From a virus (lineage: Duplodnaviria > Caudoviricetes), in the IMG/VR virus record IMGVR_UViG_2823592041_000002, positions 1-64,000 of that record: a stretch of DNA of 64,000 bases; one strand, written 5' to 3'. This document shows positions 36,020-46,095 of the stretch, piece after piece. Below the pieces are notes generated by a model. It searched no databases. It was not told the origin of the DNA and saw nothing but the letters and a program-made list of their open reading frames with translations. The position numbers and the translations under genes were made by a program. Within the stretch, counting starts at the first letter, position 1. Every line of letters starts with the position of its first letter.

Positions 36020-37354
36020 ATGTTTGGTTTTGACCCAGTTTGGTTTATAGGTGTAGTTGAGGATAGGAAAGACCCTTTAAAAGTTGGTAGATGTAAAGTT
36101 AGATGTTTAGGTTTTCACCAACAGGACATTTCAGAATTACCAATTGAAGACTTACCGTGGGCACAGTTGTTGATACCCCCAAATAGTCAAAATGAAATCA
36201 AACCCCCGAAAGAGGGTTCATGGGTTTTAGGTTTTTTCAAAGACGGTAAAAAATGTCAAGAACCCATGATTGTGTCATTGATTCCAGGGATACCAACATT
36301 TCCATCAGAAGATTCAATTGAGAATCAAGGTTTTTATGACAAAGCATCCGATAAGGGTGAGAGACCTTTTCCCCCTGAGAAATTTGAATATAAAACGGAC
36401 GGTTCAAAGGTTAAAATAACTGAAGGGGAATCAGATTTTTATCCACCGAAGAACGAAGGGTATCTTAAACAACCCATCGATGAGCCTGATACACCAAGAG
36501 TTTCAAGGAATGATCAAGATAAGAAATATTTGAATGAAAAAACCAAACTTCCTAAAAATTCACACATTGATAAAGTAAAAGAATGGAGAATTGGTGGAGA
36601 CAATTATGAGAAAGATGGTATAACAAAAGCACTTTCTGAACAAATTGTTGGTGTAAATTCTGCTTACAGTAAGACTGAAAAAATCGATAGAAAATCTGAG
36701 AACGCCTCGGAAAGGAAGGTTGATGGTAAGTTCATAGATGGGGATGATGGTAAAGTTTGGAAAGAAAAGGAAACTGCTTACAGTGCGAAGTACCCATATA
36801 ACAATACTGAACAATCAGAATCTGGACACATATTTGAAATAGATGATACAAGGGGTGCTGAAAGAATACATCAACAACATAGGTCTGGAACTTTTCAAGA
36901 GATACATCCTGATGGTTCAAAAGTTGAAAAGGTTATGGCGGATAATTTCCATATTACCCAACAGAACGAATATAAACTAAATCTGGGGAATTATGAAGTC
37001 ACTATAAAGAAAAACAAAGGTGAACGAGTTGAGGGTGATATATTCGTGCATATCAACGGAGAGAGGTCTTTAAAGATTGATTCCAACTCTCATATTGAGA
37101 TTCTTGGGAATGATACCTATACAACAGCAGGAAATAGGGAACAAACTATAGGTACAGATTCAACCAAAAATTATAAGAAAGAAACTGTAAGAGGTGATAG
37201 GACTGAGGTTGTTGAGAAGGATCATGCTGAAACTGTTAAGGGTAATAGGTCTGAGACTGTAAATGGAACTCACAGTGAATCTGCTGGAGGAACACATAGT
37301 TCTTCAAGTGGTGGAACCATGAGCTTGTCTGCTCCAACTATAAATCTAAATTAA
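36020..37354 (+). CDS. gp5: baseplate central spike (T4 gp5-like), no lysozyme domain
   Basis: WFIGVVEDRKDP..GRCKVR, LPWA, YPYN..ESGH..EIDDT.GAER, beta-helix repeats. Confidence 0.9.
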   Translation: MFGFDPVWFIGVVEDRKDPLKVGRCKVRCLGFHQQDISELPIEDLPWAQLLIPPNSQNEIKPPKEGSWVLGFFKDGKKCQEPMIVSLIPGIPTFPSEDSIENQGFYDKASDKGERPFPPEKFEYKTDGSKVKITEGESDFYPPKNEGYLKQPIDEPDTPRVSRNDQDKKYLNEKTKLPKNSHIDKVKEWRIGGDNYEKDGITKALSEQIVGVNSAYSKTEKIDRKSENASERKVDGKFIDGDDGKVWKEKETAYSAKYPYNNTEQSESGHIFEIDDTRGAERIHQQHRSGTFQEIHPDGSKVEKVMADNFHITQQNEYKLNLGNYEVTIKKNKGERVEGDIFVHINGERSLKIDSNSHIEILGNDTYTTAGNREQTIGTDSTKNYKKETVRGDRTEVVEKDHAETVKGNRSETVNGTHSESAGGTHSSSSGGTMSLSAPTINLN

Positions 37355-37638
37355 CCACCTGCAAAAACATTGCCACTACCATTGGCAGCTGCTGAACCAC
37401 AAGAAACTGGGTCTGATATTCTTCCAAGTTGTTTACTGTTAGAGTTTACAGAAGAACTCCCTGCTGCTAAACTCCCACCATGACAAGGAATTCCGCAACA
37501 ATGCACATTCCAACTATCACCTTGTCTATGAACTGGTATTGAGTTGCAGAAAACATTTGGACTTCCTTGTGCGTTGGGTCTTGGAGGAAAGCAACCATGG
37601 CCTGTACAAATATCACCTTTTCTATGAACTGCTGGCAT
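37351..37638 (-). CDS. PAAR spike-tip protein (T4 gp5.4-like)
   Basis: MPAVHRKGD.CTGHGCFPP, H..GS, CGS....GS.NVF. Confidence 0.9.
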   Translation of the reverse strand: MPAVHRKGDICTGHGCFPPRPNAQGSPNVFCNSIPVHRQGDSWNVHCCGIPCHGGSLAAGSSSVNSNSKQLGRISDPVSCGSAAANGSGNVFAGG

Positions 37639-37647
37639 ATCTATCCT

Positions 37648-38856
37648 TTAAAAAGCTAAATTGAAGTATGGTTCATTCACTGTTGCAGAGAAAACATTAG
37701 TTACTAGAAACGTCAATCCATCTGATTTAATAATGTCATTAGTATTTATATTACCCAAAACATTTTTTAAATATAAAGTTATATTTTCATTTTCTTGATT
37801 TAGATTCTGCAAGTAGCCCGAAGAATATGTATCAGAACTAAAATCATCGGATTCAAAATAAGTCCCTTTCTCAACTACTCTCACAACCTTACCATCATTA
37901 TCTTCAACTTCTTTTGTGATATTTAACAAACTCCCATTAATGCTTTTTAAATTAACACCTATAATTTTGGTAACTTTTAAATTTTTTGGAACTCCATTTT
38001 CAAATTCACCTAAATGACGTAGATAAGAAATTCCATCATAAAACTTAATACCATTAAAAGTGAAGTATTCGACATCACCTCTTAATATCTGCTCATCCAA
38101 ATATTTGGTTATGAATAGATTTCTTATAGATGAATAATTTCTTCTAACCGTTATTTTAAAAGTTCTTGAGATTGTCATTTCTTCAAAGTCTTCATTTGTT
38201 GAAGGGTCTTTATCGTAAAAGGTTATATTAACTACAACATCAACCTCATGAGAGTTGCCTTGGTCTTGTATTTGATGAAAATTCCCACCAGCAGTTATCA
38301 AACTGTGACCAGACTTATAATAACCGTCTTCTGTATCATACTTATCAAAAGTGAAATTGTCAGGGAGTTTAAATTTATCAACATATTCAGATAAAAAATT
38401 CAACCCTTCACTTCTTGAGTCATTGGGGTCATCCTCATTTGGTTTTATGTAAGTTTTCAGTAATATATTGACCGATTTACCAACCACATCAATAGTTTCA
38501 AACTTATCTATATTTGTAACATTAACTTCTGAAGATTTAATTTCTATTCCAGAAAATATAACTTCCGTCTTAACTGTAGAAAAAATAGGAGTGAAAGAAG
38601 TTTCGGATGAAGTGGTTGAAGTGCCACCAGTTCCACCCTGACTTCCACTTCCTGTAGATTGTTGTGGTGGATTATACTTCAGATTTATTTCAGATTTGAA
38701 GTTTAAAGATTCTAAGGCAACTTTCCCAACATTTTCGAAATTATACTGGTCAAGATTATCGGCTTCATTTTCAAGTATGTATATTTCTTGACCTTCTTCT
38801 TCAAAATCCCCACTCCATTCCCAAGTAGTATTTTCAGAATTCTGGTTAGTTGTCAT
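37648..38856 (-). CDS. hypothetical, probable virion protein
   Basis: 402-aa beta-rich ORF co-oriented with PAAR. Confidence 0.65.
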   Translation of the reverse strand: MTTNQNSENTTWEWSGDFEEEGQEIYILENEADNLDQYNFENVGKVALESLNFKSEINLKYNPPQQSTGSGSQGGTGGTSTTSSETSFTPIFSTVKTEVIFSGIEIKSSEVNVTNIDKFETIDVVGKSVNILLKTYIKPNEDDPNDSRSEGLNFLSEYVDKFKLPDNFTFDKYDTEDGYYKSGHSLITAGGNFHQIQDQGNSHEVDVVVNITFYDKDPSTNEDFEEMTISRTFKITVRRNYSSIRNLFITKYLDEQILRGDVEYFTFNGIKFYDGISYLRHLGEFENGVPKNLKVTKIIGVNLKSINGSLLNITKEVEDNDGKVVRVVEKGTYFESDDFSSDTYSSGYLQNLNQENENITLYLKNVLGNINTNDIIKSDGLTFLVTNVFSATVNEPYFNLAF

Positions 38857-39190
38857 TCTCTTCTTCTATTGTTGGAGATAGATTATCATTAAATCTCACA
38901 GAAAAAGGTTCACCAGTTTTAGGATTTCTTGATGTATGATTACTTGTGAGAAATAATTCTTCAGATGTTTTCATATTCAAATCACCCATAATAAGAATTC
39001 TCAAATCTCTATCATACATCAATGTATCTCTTTTTTCAGAAATAGTATCTTCATCAAAATCGAGTTTAGATAGGAAACTGACTAATCTCTCAAGTCTATC
39101 CTCTGGGATTTTAGATAATATCTCTAATATCTTGAGATACTTATCTGCTCTTGTTTCTTCCTTCGTAGCTTCTATTGATTTCATCCACAA
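38846..39190 (-). CDS. hypothetical protein
   Basis: ORF track. Confidence 0.6.
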   Translation of the reverse strand: MWMKSIEATKEETRADKYLKILEILSKIPEDRLERLVSFLSKLDFDEDTISEKRDTLMYDRDLRILIMGDLNMKTSEELFLTSNHTSRNPKTGEPFSVRFNDNLSPTIEEENDN

Positions 39191-39336
39191 GCCCCCAACA
39201 ATATCTCACCAGTCCACATTAAAAAGAATGGTGACATCAATAATGCGATTGCGATGTAGATAGTAAAGAACCATCTAAAAAATATTTCTAGATGATTTGC
39301 GACATAAGTGAAACTTCTCTTAAATCTTTTTTTCAT
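39181..39336 (-). CDS. small membrane protein (51 aa)
   Basis: MKKRFKRSF...FFTIYIAIALLMSPFFLMW...*. Confidence 0.45.
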   Translation of the reverse strand: MKKRFKRSFTYVANHLEIFFRWFFTIYIAIALLMSPFFLMWTGEILLGACG

Positions 39337-39351
39337 AACTAAAATCCTAAC

Positions 39352-39561
39352 TTATTTCAAATTATCTTCAAACTTATCTAATTCATCTTTCACTTTTTCA
39401 TACTTGTCTTCTAATTTTGCTGCGAATTTAGCATCTAATAAAGACCAAACCAAAAGAATGGTTAATCCCCACATTGCGATATATCCAAAATATTTAATTG
39501 CCATTGATAATAAAAATATACCAATGATCCATATTGCCATCTGTCGTTGTAATTTACTCAT
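39352..39561 (-). CDS. small two-TM membrane protein
   Basis: Start MSKLQ behind GAGG; upstream TTGACT-17-TATAAA(TA). Confidence 0.6.
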   Translation of the reverse strand: MSKLQRQMAIWIIGIFLLSMAIKYFGYIAMWGLTILLVWSLLDAKFAAKLEDKYEKVKDELDKFEDNLK

Positions 39562-39609
39562 TTTAACACCTCTTACTTTATTTATATCATAAAAAAGGTG
39601 GAAAGTCAA

Positions 39610-39790
39610 TAGAAAAAAAAATTCTTGAAAAAAAGTATACTAAGTATTATTATTAATATTTATTATAAATAATATTATATTAAGAGCTTATTAATATATA
39701 TATTTATAAGCTAGCTTATTATATATAATATTTATATATTATACTTATTTATATATAATACTTTAGTATATTTCCTGCGGAAAAGGTAAA
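39610..39790. other. extremely AT-rich palindromic intergenic region (candidate origin / divergent late promoters)
   Basis: Inverted repeat 39636-39650 / 39755-39770, palindrome ATAAGCTAGCTTAT 39706-39719, TATAAATA 39664-39671. Confidence 0.5.
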
Positions 39791-39794
39791 ACCT

Positions 39795-40184
39795 ATGAGT
39801 GAAAAAAGAGAATTTAGTGATATATCATTGTCCTTTGAAAAAAATCCTGTAACTGGGGATATAGTAAAAGTGAAGAATGATATTGCTGTTAAACAATCAA
39901 TCAAAACATTAGTTTTAACAGAATTCTTTGAGCCGCCTTTTCAGAAAGGTAAAGGTACTAGAATTAGACAAATATTGTTTGATTTGATTACAGACGATGG
40001 TGCCGATTTACTAAAGCAAGAAATTACAACTGTGATTACAGATAGAGAACCAAGAGCAAACTTAATTGATGTTCTTGTTCAACCAATACCAGATGAAAAT
40101 AGATATATAATAAAAATTATTTTTTCCATGATAAATACTTTAGAACCATTGGAAGTGGAAATGTTTGTTTCTAGAGTGAGATAA
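39795..40184 (+). CDS. gp25: baseplate wedge subunit (T4 gp25)
   Basis: FSDISLSF..NPVTGD, AVKQSIK.LVLT...E.PF, EPR. Confidence 0.9.
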   Translation: MSEKREFSDISLSFEKNPVTGDIVKVKNDIAVKQSIKTLVLTEFFEPPFQKGKGTRIRQILFDLITDDGADLLKQEITTVITDREPRANLIDVLVQPIPDENRYIIKIIFSMINTLEPLEVEMFVSRVR

Positions 40185-40197
40185 ATTTGAGGTTATA

Positions 40198-42033
40198 ATG
40201 TCAAATATTAAAGTAACAGATTTAGATTTTGATATCTTAAAAGAAAATTTAAAAGATTTTTTAAGAGGTCAAGAAGAGTTTCAAGATTATGATTTTGATG
40301 GGAGTGGGTTACAAATATTACTTGACATACTTTCAGCAAATACACACTACAATGCAATTTACCAAAATATGGTTGCGAATGAGATGTTCTTGGACTCAGC
40401 TGTTTTAAGAGAGAGTGTAGTTTCTAGGTCAAAAGCATTAGGGTATACACCAAGTTCAATTAAGTCTGCACAGGTTGAGGTAACTTTAAGTGTTGTTGAG
40501 AAAGATATTTATGAAGACCAACCATCAAGTGTTGCCCTACCTCAGTACTCCAACTTTTCCGCTTCAAAAGATGGGGTAACATACATCTTTCAAAACCTTA
40601 TAGGTCAAACGCTGGCCGATTCTGAGGAAACAGATTCTGGTGGTAGAAAGATATATTCAGGGACATTTACAATCAATCAAGGTATTATGGTTGAACAAAA
40701 TTTTGAAGTTAAATTTCAAGAAGACCCGAATCAAAGATATGTTCTTGATAATCTTAACATTGACATATCAACCTTAATTGTTCGTGTTAAACAAAATCCT
40801 CAAGATTCGAATGCTACTTATGATGTATCAACCTTAGCTGAAAATGTTGTCGAACTTGGACCAAATGATAATGTCTATTGGGTGAATGAAAATGAGTCTG
40901 GTAAGTATGAATTGTTTTTTGGTAATGGTAGAATTGGTAAAAAGTTGTCAGATGGTACACTTATAAAAATTCAGTACTTAACAACATCTGGCCCTATAGG
41001 TAATAATATAGATACTGGATTTACTTTTTCTGATGTAATCAATACATCCACATCGAGTTATGAACTTAAATCCATATCAAGAACTTCATCATCATTTGGA
41101 GGAGCAGAGAAAGAATCCTTGGAGGAAATAAGATTTACTTCACCCAAGTATTACGAAATGCAGAACAGGTCTGTTACAGCACTAGATTACAAATATCTAG
41201 TTCAAAAGAAGTATCAAAATATTGAAAGTATCAAAACTTGGGGTGGGGAAGATAATGATCCAGTATACTATGGTAGGGTGTTCATTTCACTGAAACCAAA
41301 AACGGGGTTCTTCATAACCGATACTGCTAAAAAGAGTATCGTGAATGATATTGTTAAAGATTATAATGTGGTCACTATCGATGCTGAAATAGTGGAACCT
41401 GAATACACCTTCATAGAACTTACAACAGAGGTTAAGTACAACCTTAGAGAAGTTCCCCAAGGTGAAGAGTATGTTAAAAGTTTGGTTCTAAGTTCAATAC
41501 AAAACTTCAATCAAAATAACCTTGGTAAGTTTGACTCATACTTTCGGTTTTCAAGATTGATCTCAACCATTGATGACTCATCCGATGCAATAAAATCGAA
41601 CATATCAACAGTTAAAATAAAAAACAGATTGATTCCAAATTTGGGTATATCATCATCCTATGTTAGTAGGTTTAATGCAGAAGTGAGTCCTGGAACTCTA
41701 TCCAGTTCAAACTTCACTTATGAGGGTATCACCAAATGCTTACTAGAAGATGATTCACTTGGGAACATAAATGTGGTTAGTTTTTCTGGTAATGTTAAAT
41801 TGTCAGTTAAATCAAACATTGGTACGGTTGACTACAATAAAGGTTCCATATCATTAAATGGTTTTTCACCAACAGAGATAACAAACGGTGATGATTATAT
41901 TAATTTAATATTAACCCCTAAGAGTTCAGACTTATCACCTTTAAGGAATCAGATATTGGAAATAGATTCGGAATCTATAAATATTAGTATGAATAATATA
42001 TCGGAACAATTTTTAACTCAAAATGAATTTTAA
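40198..42033 (+). CDS. gp6: baseplate wedge subunit (T4 gp6)
   Basis: LDFD.LK.NL, DYDFDGSGL, NEMFLDSA, QNRSVT..DY, WGGED. Confidence 0.95.
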   Translation: MSNIKVTDLDFDILKENLKDFLRGQEEFQDYDFDGSGLQILLDILSANTHYNAIYQNMVANEMFLDSAVLRESVVSRSKALGYTPSSIKSAQVEVTLSVVEKDIYEDQPSSVALPQYSNFSASKDGVTYIFQNLIGQTLADSEETDSGGRKIYSGTFTINQGIMVEQNFEVKFQEDPNQRYVLDNLNIDISTLIVRVKQNPQDSNATYDVSTLAENVVELGPNDNVYWVNENESGKYELFFGNGRIGKKLSDGTLIKIQYLTTSGPIGNNIDTGFTFSDVINTSTSSYELKSISRTSSSFGGAEKESLEEIRFTSPKYYEMQNRSVTALDYKYLVQKKYQNIESIKTWGGEDNDPVYYGRVFISLKPKTGFFITDTAKKSIVNDIVKDYNVVTIDAEIVEPEYTFIELTTEVKYNLREVPQGEEYVKSLVLSSIQNFNQNNLGKFDSYFRFSRLISTIDDSSDAIKSNISTVKIKNRLIPNLGISSSYVSRFNAEVSPGTLSSSNFTYEGITKCLLEDDSLGNINVVSFSGNVKLSVKSNIGTVDYNKGSISLNGFSPTEITNGDDYINLILTPKSSDLSPLRNQILEIDSESINISMNNISEQFLTQNEF

Positions 42034-42035
42034 AG

Positions 42036-45000
42036 ATGGAATATCAAAATAATAAAATATCTGAACTAATAGAGTCTCAACTTCCTAATTTTTTACAGGA
42101 GGATGGCCCAAAATTTGTTAAATTCGTAGAAAAATACTATGAATTTATGGAGACATCAAAATTAGAAGTTTCTTCTACTGAAGAGTTGAATTTAATTTTC
42201 TCTTCTAATACACCGAGTGTTAAAATAAGAGCAAGTCAACAAATAGATGGGTCTGAACACACTAAACATGTTTATGCTGAAGTTCTCAATTCCTACCTTT
42301 TGGAAAATGGTAACTATGTTTTTTATATAAAAGAAAACAATGAGCAAATCCAAGTTTTAAGTGTTTCCGATTCAGATGTACATCCATCACTAAACCCAAA
42401 TGTTGGAATTTTTAATATTGGAGATATTGTATCTCAGGAACAACCTGACAATAAAATCGTTAAAGGTAAGGTGTTACACTTATCAAATAAAACAGTCACT
42501 GTAAAAGAAACTGTTGACGGCCAAGAGGTTGATGTTGACTACACTTTTATTGATAAAGTAGTTGTATTGAATAATTTTACACCCGAAAAAGAATATTTTG
42601 GCATTTTCGATGTAACTAATACAGGAAATGACACTTTTAATTTAGGGAATGGGTCAAGTTCAACTCCAATATTTGATGTCAACTCTCAAGACTCCACATC
42701 AACAAGGGGTTTTTTATCTGGTGATTCAGTTGAAATCCTTACAGGCGACAATGGGTATACTGGTCAATTAGAGGTTATTGATTATATTCAGAATGCAACT
42801 TTGTCATCAAAAAATCTATGGAATTTGCAAGATATTGACAGAACTCTTGATGATTATGTTGATTTCTTTATGAAGGAATATCTAGAAGGGTTTCCATTAA
42901 CATTTCCTAACGAATTTCAAAGTACTGATATTGATGTCGCTGAATTCAAAAAGTTTTTAGTCAAACATTCTAGAGAATTTTATCAGTCAAAAGGGACAGA
43001 GGATTCTTTTAAATACTTTTTTAGAACAATTTTCAATGAAGATGTTAAAGTGAGTTATCCAAAAGATAATGTTTTAAAACCATCTGATAACACCTTTTCG
43101 AAATCAAAAACTATATTAATAAAACCATCCGATGTAACAATTGTTCCGGAAATTGCTTCTCAAAAAATAGTTGGCCAAAGTTCTGGTGTGAGTGCTTATG
43201 TTGAAACTATATCAAGCACCAAAAGAGGTGGATATTTTGTATATGAGATTGCCCTGAATGAATATGGCATTTCCGGTGATTTCTTCGAAGATGAAGATGT
43301 ATACTTGGAAAGTGACCCTTCAACAATTATAGGTACAATTTATTATGGGGTTTCAAGTGTTTCAATTAATGATGTTGAAGAATCCTTCACAGTAGGTGAT
43401 ATTTTTTATATAGACAGATCTGGTGAAGTTATAGATTACACGGATATTCAAAATATAGATAGGGGAGCCCTTATAGAATTGGATGTTTGTAGTGTAAATT
43501 CTGGTAAGATAACTGACATTGAAGTTGTTAATGGTGGTATTGGGTACAGTGTTGGTGATAAGTTGGTATTTGATAATACAAAATGTCTTTCCCCAACTGG
43601 TCCAATTAGACCAATAGAAGCAGTTGTATCTGAGATAACTGAATTTGGCTATTCTATTAATAATCCAAATTTTGATAACAACATAGATGATTGGCAAGAG
43701 GAAATTGCCGGCCAGTATGGTGAAACAGAATGGTCAAATTCGTTTGGTGGAACTTTAAAATTAATTTCATTTCCACCTTTCTATTCGGGGGTATCTCAAC
43801 CAATTAATTATGATTTTTCGGATTTGGAAGGTTTTAAATTAAAATTAAGAGTTAATGTAAAATCTTATACTGGTGAAAGATATCTTAGAATTGGGGTATA
43901 CGATGATTCAACTTCATCTTGGGTTGGTGTTCAATCTTTTCTTGTTGACGGTGTTGGTGAGTATGAAGTTGAATTTGAACCAAGTCAATCTAACAATTTT
44001 TTAATTAATTCATCTATCAAAATATCTTGGGGTGGTCAACCACCTATAGAAGATTTATCATATAAATCTATTTATATAGATGATGTTAGAATAGTTGCTC
44101 CTAATGGTATTGCTATTGAAAATGGTGTTGGGTTAATAAGTAAAATAAATGTTCGTTGTGATGGTAAAGGGTATATTAAGTATCCAACTTTAACGCAAAT
44201 AGGTGATCATAATATAACTTCCGAATCTTTTAATTTAATTGGGAATGATGTTGGAACTCTAAAACAAGTTAAAATCAGAAAAACAGGTATTGGGTATAAA
44301 AGAAGTAAAGTTGAACATTATCTTGAAGATTGGGAAGGTACACAATCAAGTCTGGTTTTGGATAAGACGCAAATAGGTATTGAATTACCTTATCTTAACC
44401 TAAAGATAACAACCCCAAGTGGAGATTTTACAGTTGGTGAAATAGTAAACCACCAAACTCTTGATGGGACTGGTAAAGTTGTATCTTGGGACTCTGGAAC
44501 TGGTATTTTAGTTTTAAGAGAGTATAGTGGTGTTTTTATTAGTGATGGTGATGATATTATTGAAGGTGATGGTTCATCTGAAACAGGAACTGTGGGTACT
44601 GCATCATACAATAAAACCAAATTTAAAATTGGAAACGGCGGGACTGATGTTTGGGCAGATCTAAATTATTCAGTAGCATCTTGGTATGATAGTATATTAA
44701 ACCAACCTTATAACATAAGTCTGGATTTGAATTCCAGTGGAACTGATGATATTGAATTAAATTTTGGTTCCATATTTGATGATGGTGGTAGATTCTTAAA
44801 CAACAACAGTTTTATTTCAGATGTAAAATATATACAAGATTCTTTCTACTATCAAGTTTACTCTTACTTGTTGGAATCTTCTGTTGAGGTTAGAAAGTAT
44901 AGAGACTTACTGAAAAGACTTATTCATCCAGCTGGTATGAATATGTTTGGTAGAATCTCAACTGAAACTGTCAAACAAGTTAAAATGTCTTTCTCCCAAA

Positions 45001-46076
45001 TAAAGACAAATGTTTCAATGGTTATATGGGATTATATTGGCAAACACTCTAATAAACTCATTAGGGATTTTGATTTTTTATATAGTTTGTTGATTCTGGA
45101 TGGTGATGACAGTTCCCCTTATAATTTAGAATTGCAAATGAGTTACACATCTGGTAACTTTGAAGTTGGACAGGGTGTTCAAAATTTCTCTCAAACTCTA
45201 TCAGGGATTTCTAGAATTAGTACAATTGGTGGGGGAAGTTATGATTGTTTAATAGGAGAACAAGGTTCTGGAACTTCATATACAACAGAATTGAAAGTTG
45301 GGGATTTGATAAAAGTTAAGAATAATTGGCCAAGTAGCTACACAACCATACATAAAGTGACTCAAGTGCTTAGTGATAGTGTTGTAAAATTCACACCCTC
45401 CACTGCGTATAACATTAACCAAACAGTTGATGTCACATCAACTAAAGCAAAAGCAAAAGTTAAATCATGGGATAGTGATAATCAAATATTAACATTGGAA
45501 GATATTGTTGGTGATTTTTCAATTTCTACTTGGATACTTCAAGATTTCGATGAAACAAGTTGGAATCCAAATATTTTTTCTTATACTGTTTCGGAATCAA
45601 CACAAGATTTTATTGAAACAGAAGTTGATGGGAGTGATTCTGGTGTCTTGATTCCACAAATATATTATCATGGTTCATATGCTTGTGATTACTTGTACAA
45701 TGAAAATACACATCAAAATTATAGATTTAAAATAAAATATAAGAATTTAAGACCAGGAACACCAAAGAATAATGACTTTTATGATCATAAAATACTAACA
45801 GGAACTGTATCAATTCCACATGATTCTAATTGTGATGGAACTCTCCAATTTTTTACATTAACTGGGGTGGGTACAGATTTTCAAAGTGAATTAATCGTGG
45901 GTGACATGATATCTGTTTTATCAACTCATGCAGACCCAGATAAAAACATTTACCAATTGTTTAAAGTGGTTAGTATAAATAGTAATACAGAATTGATAGT
46001 AAATATTCGTCATACTGACTCAAATTACACAATTTCCAATTCAGAGTTCTTAAAAAGGGAATTAATAGGCGACTAA
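42036..46076 (+). CDS. gp7: baseplate wedge initiator (T4 gp7-like)
   Basis: FYQSKGTEDSF..FFR, IQDSFYYQ.YSY, HPAG..MFG. Confidence 0.85.
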   Translation: MEYQNNKISELIESQLPNFLQEDGPKFVKFVEKYYEFMETSKLEVSSTEELNLIFSSNTPSVKIRASQQIDGSEHTKHVYAEVLNSYLLENGNYVFYIKENNEQIQVLSVSDSDVHPSLNPNVGIFNIGDIVSQEQPDNKIVKGKVLHLSNKTVTVKETVDGQEVDVDYTFIDKVVVLNNFTPEKEYFGIFDVTNTGNDTFNLGNGSSSTPIFDVNSQDSTSTRGFLSGDSVEILTGDNGYTGQLEVIDYIQNATLSSKNLWNLQDIDRTLDDYVDFFMKEYLEGFPLTFPNEFQSTDIDVAEFKKFLVKHSREFYQSKGTEDSFKYFFRTIFNEDVKVSYPKDNVLKPSDNTFSKSKTILIKPSDVTIVPEIASQKIVGQSSGVSAYVETISSTKRGGYFVYEIALNEYGISGDFFEDEDVYLESDPSTIIGTIYYGVSSVSINDVEESFTVGDIFYIDRSGEVIDYTDIQNIDRGALIELDVCSVNSGKITDIEVVNGGIGYSVGDKLVFDNTKCLSPTGPIRPIEAVVSEITEFGYSINNPNFDNNIDDWQEEIAGQYGETEWSNSFGGTLKLISFPPFYSGVSQPINYDFSDLEGFKLKLRVNVKSYTGERYLRIGVYDDSTSSWVGVQSFLVDGVGEYEVEFEPSQSNNFLINSSIKISWGGQPPIEDLSYKSIYIDDVRIVAPNGIAIENGVGLISKINVRCDGKGYIKYPTLTQIGDHNITSESFNLIGNDVGTLKQVKIRKTGIGYKRSKVEHYLEDWEGTQSSLVLDKTQIGIELPYLNLKITTPSGDFTVGEIVNHQTLDGTGKVVSWDSGTGILVLREYSGVFISDGDDIIEGDGSSETGTVGTASYNKTKFKIGNGGTDVWADLNYSVASWYDSILNQPYNISLDLNSSGTDDIELNFGSIFDDGGRFLNNNSFISDVKYIQDSFYYQVYSYLLESSVEVRKYRDLLKRLIHPAGMNMFGRISTETVKQVKMSFSQIKTNVSMVIWDYIGKHSNKLIRDFDFLYSLLILDGDDSSPYNLELQMSYTSGNFEVGQGVQNFSQTLSGISRISTIGGGSYDCLIGEQGSGTSYTTELKVGDLIKVKNNWPSSYTTIHKVTQVLSDSVVKFTPSTAYNINQTVDVTSTKAKAKVKSWDSDNQILTLEDIVGDFSISTWILQDFDETSWNPNIFSYTVSESTQDFIETEVDGSDSGVLIPQIYYHGSYACDYLYNENTHQNYRFKIKYKNLRPGTPKNNDFYDHKILTGTVSIPHDSNCDGTLQFFTLTGVGTDFQSELIVGDMISVLSTHADPDKNIYQLFKVVSINSNTELIVNIRHTDSNYTISNSEFLKRELIGD

Positions 46077-46095
46077 ATACATTAGTGAGGATAAA

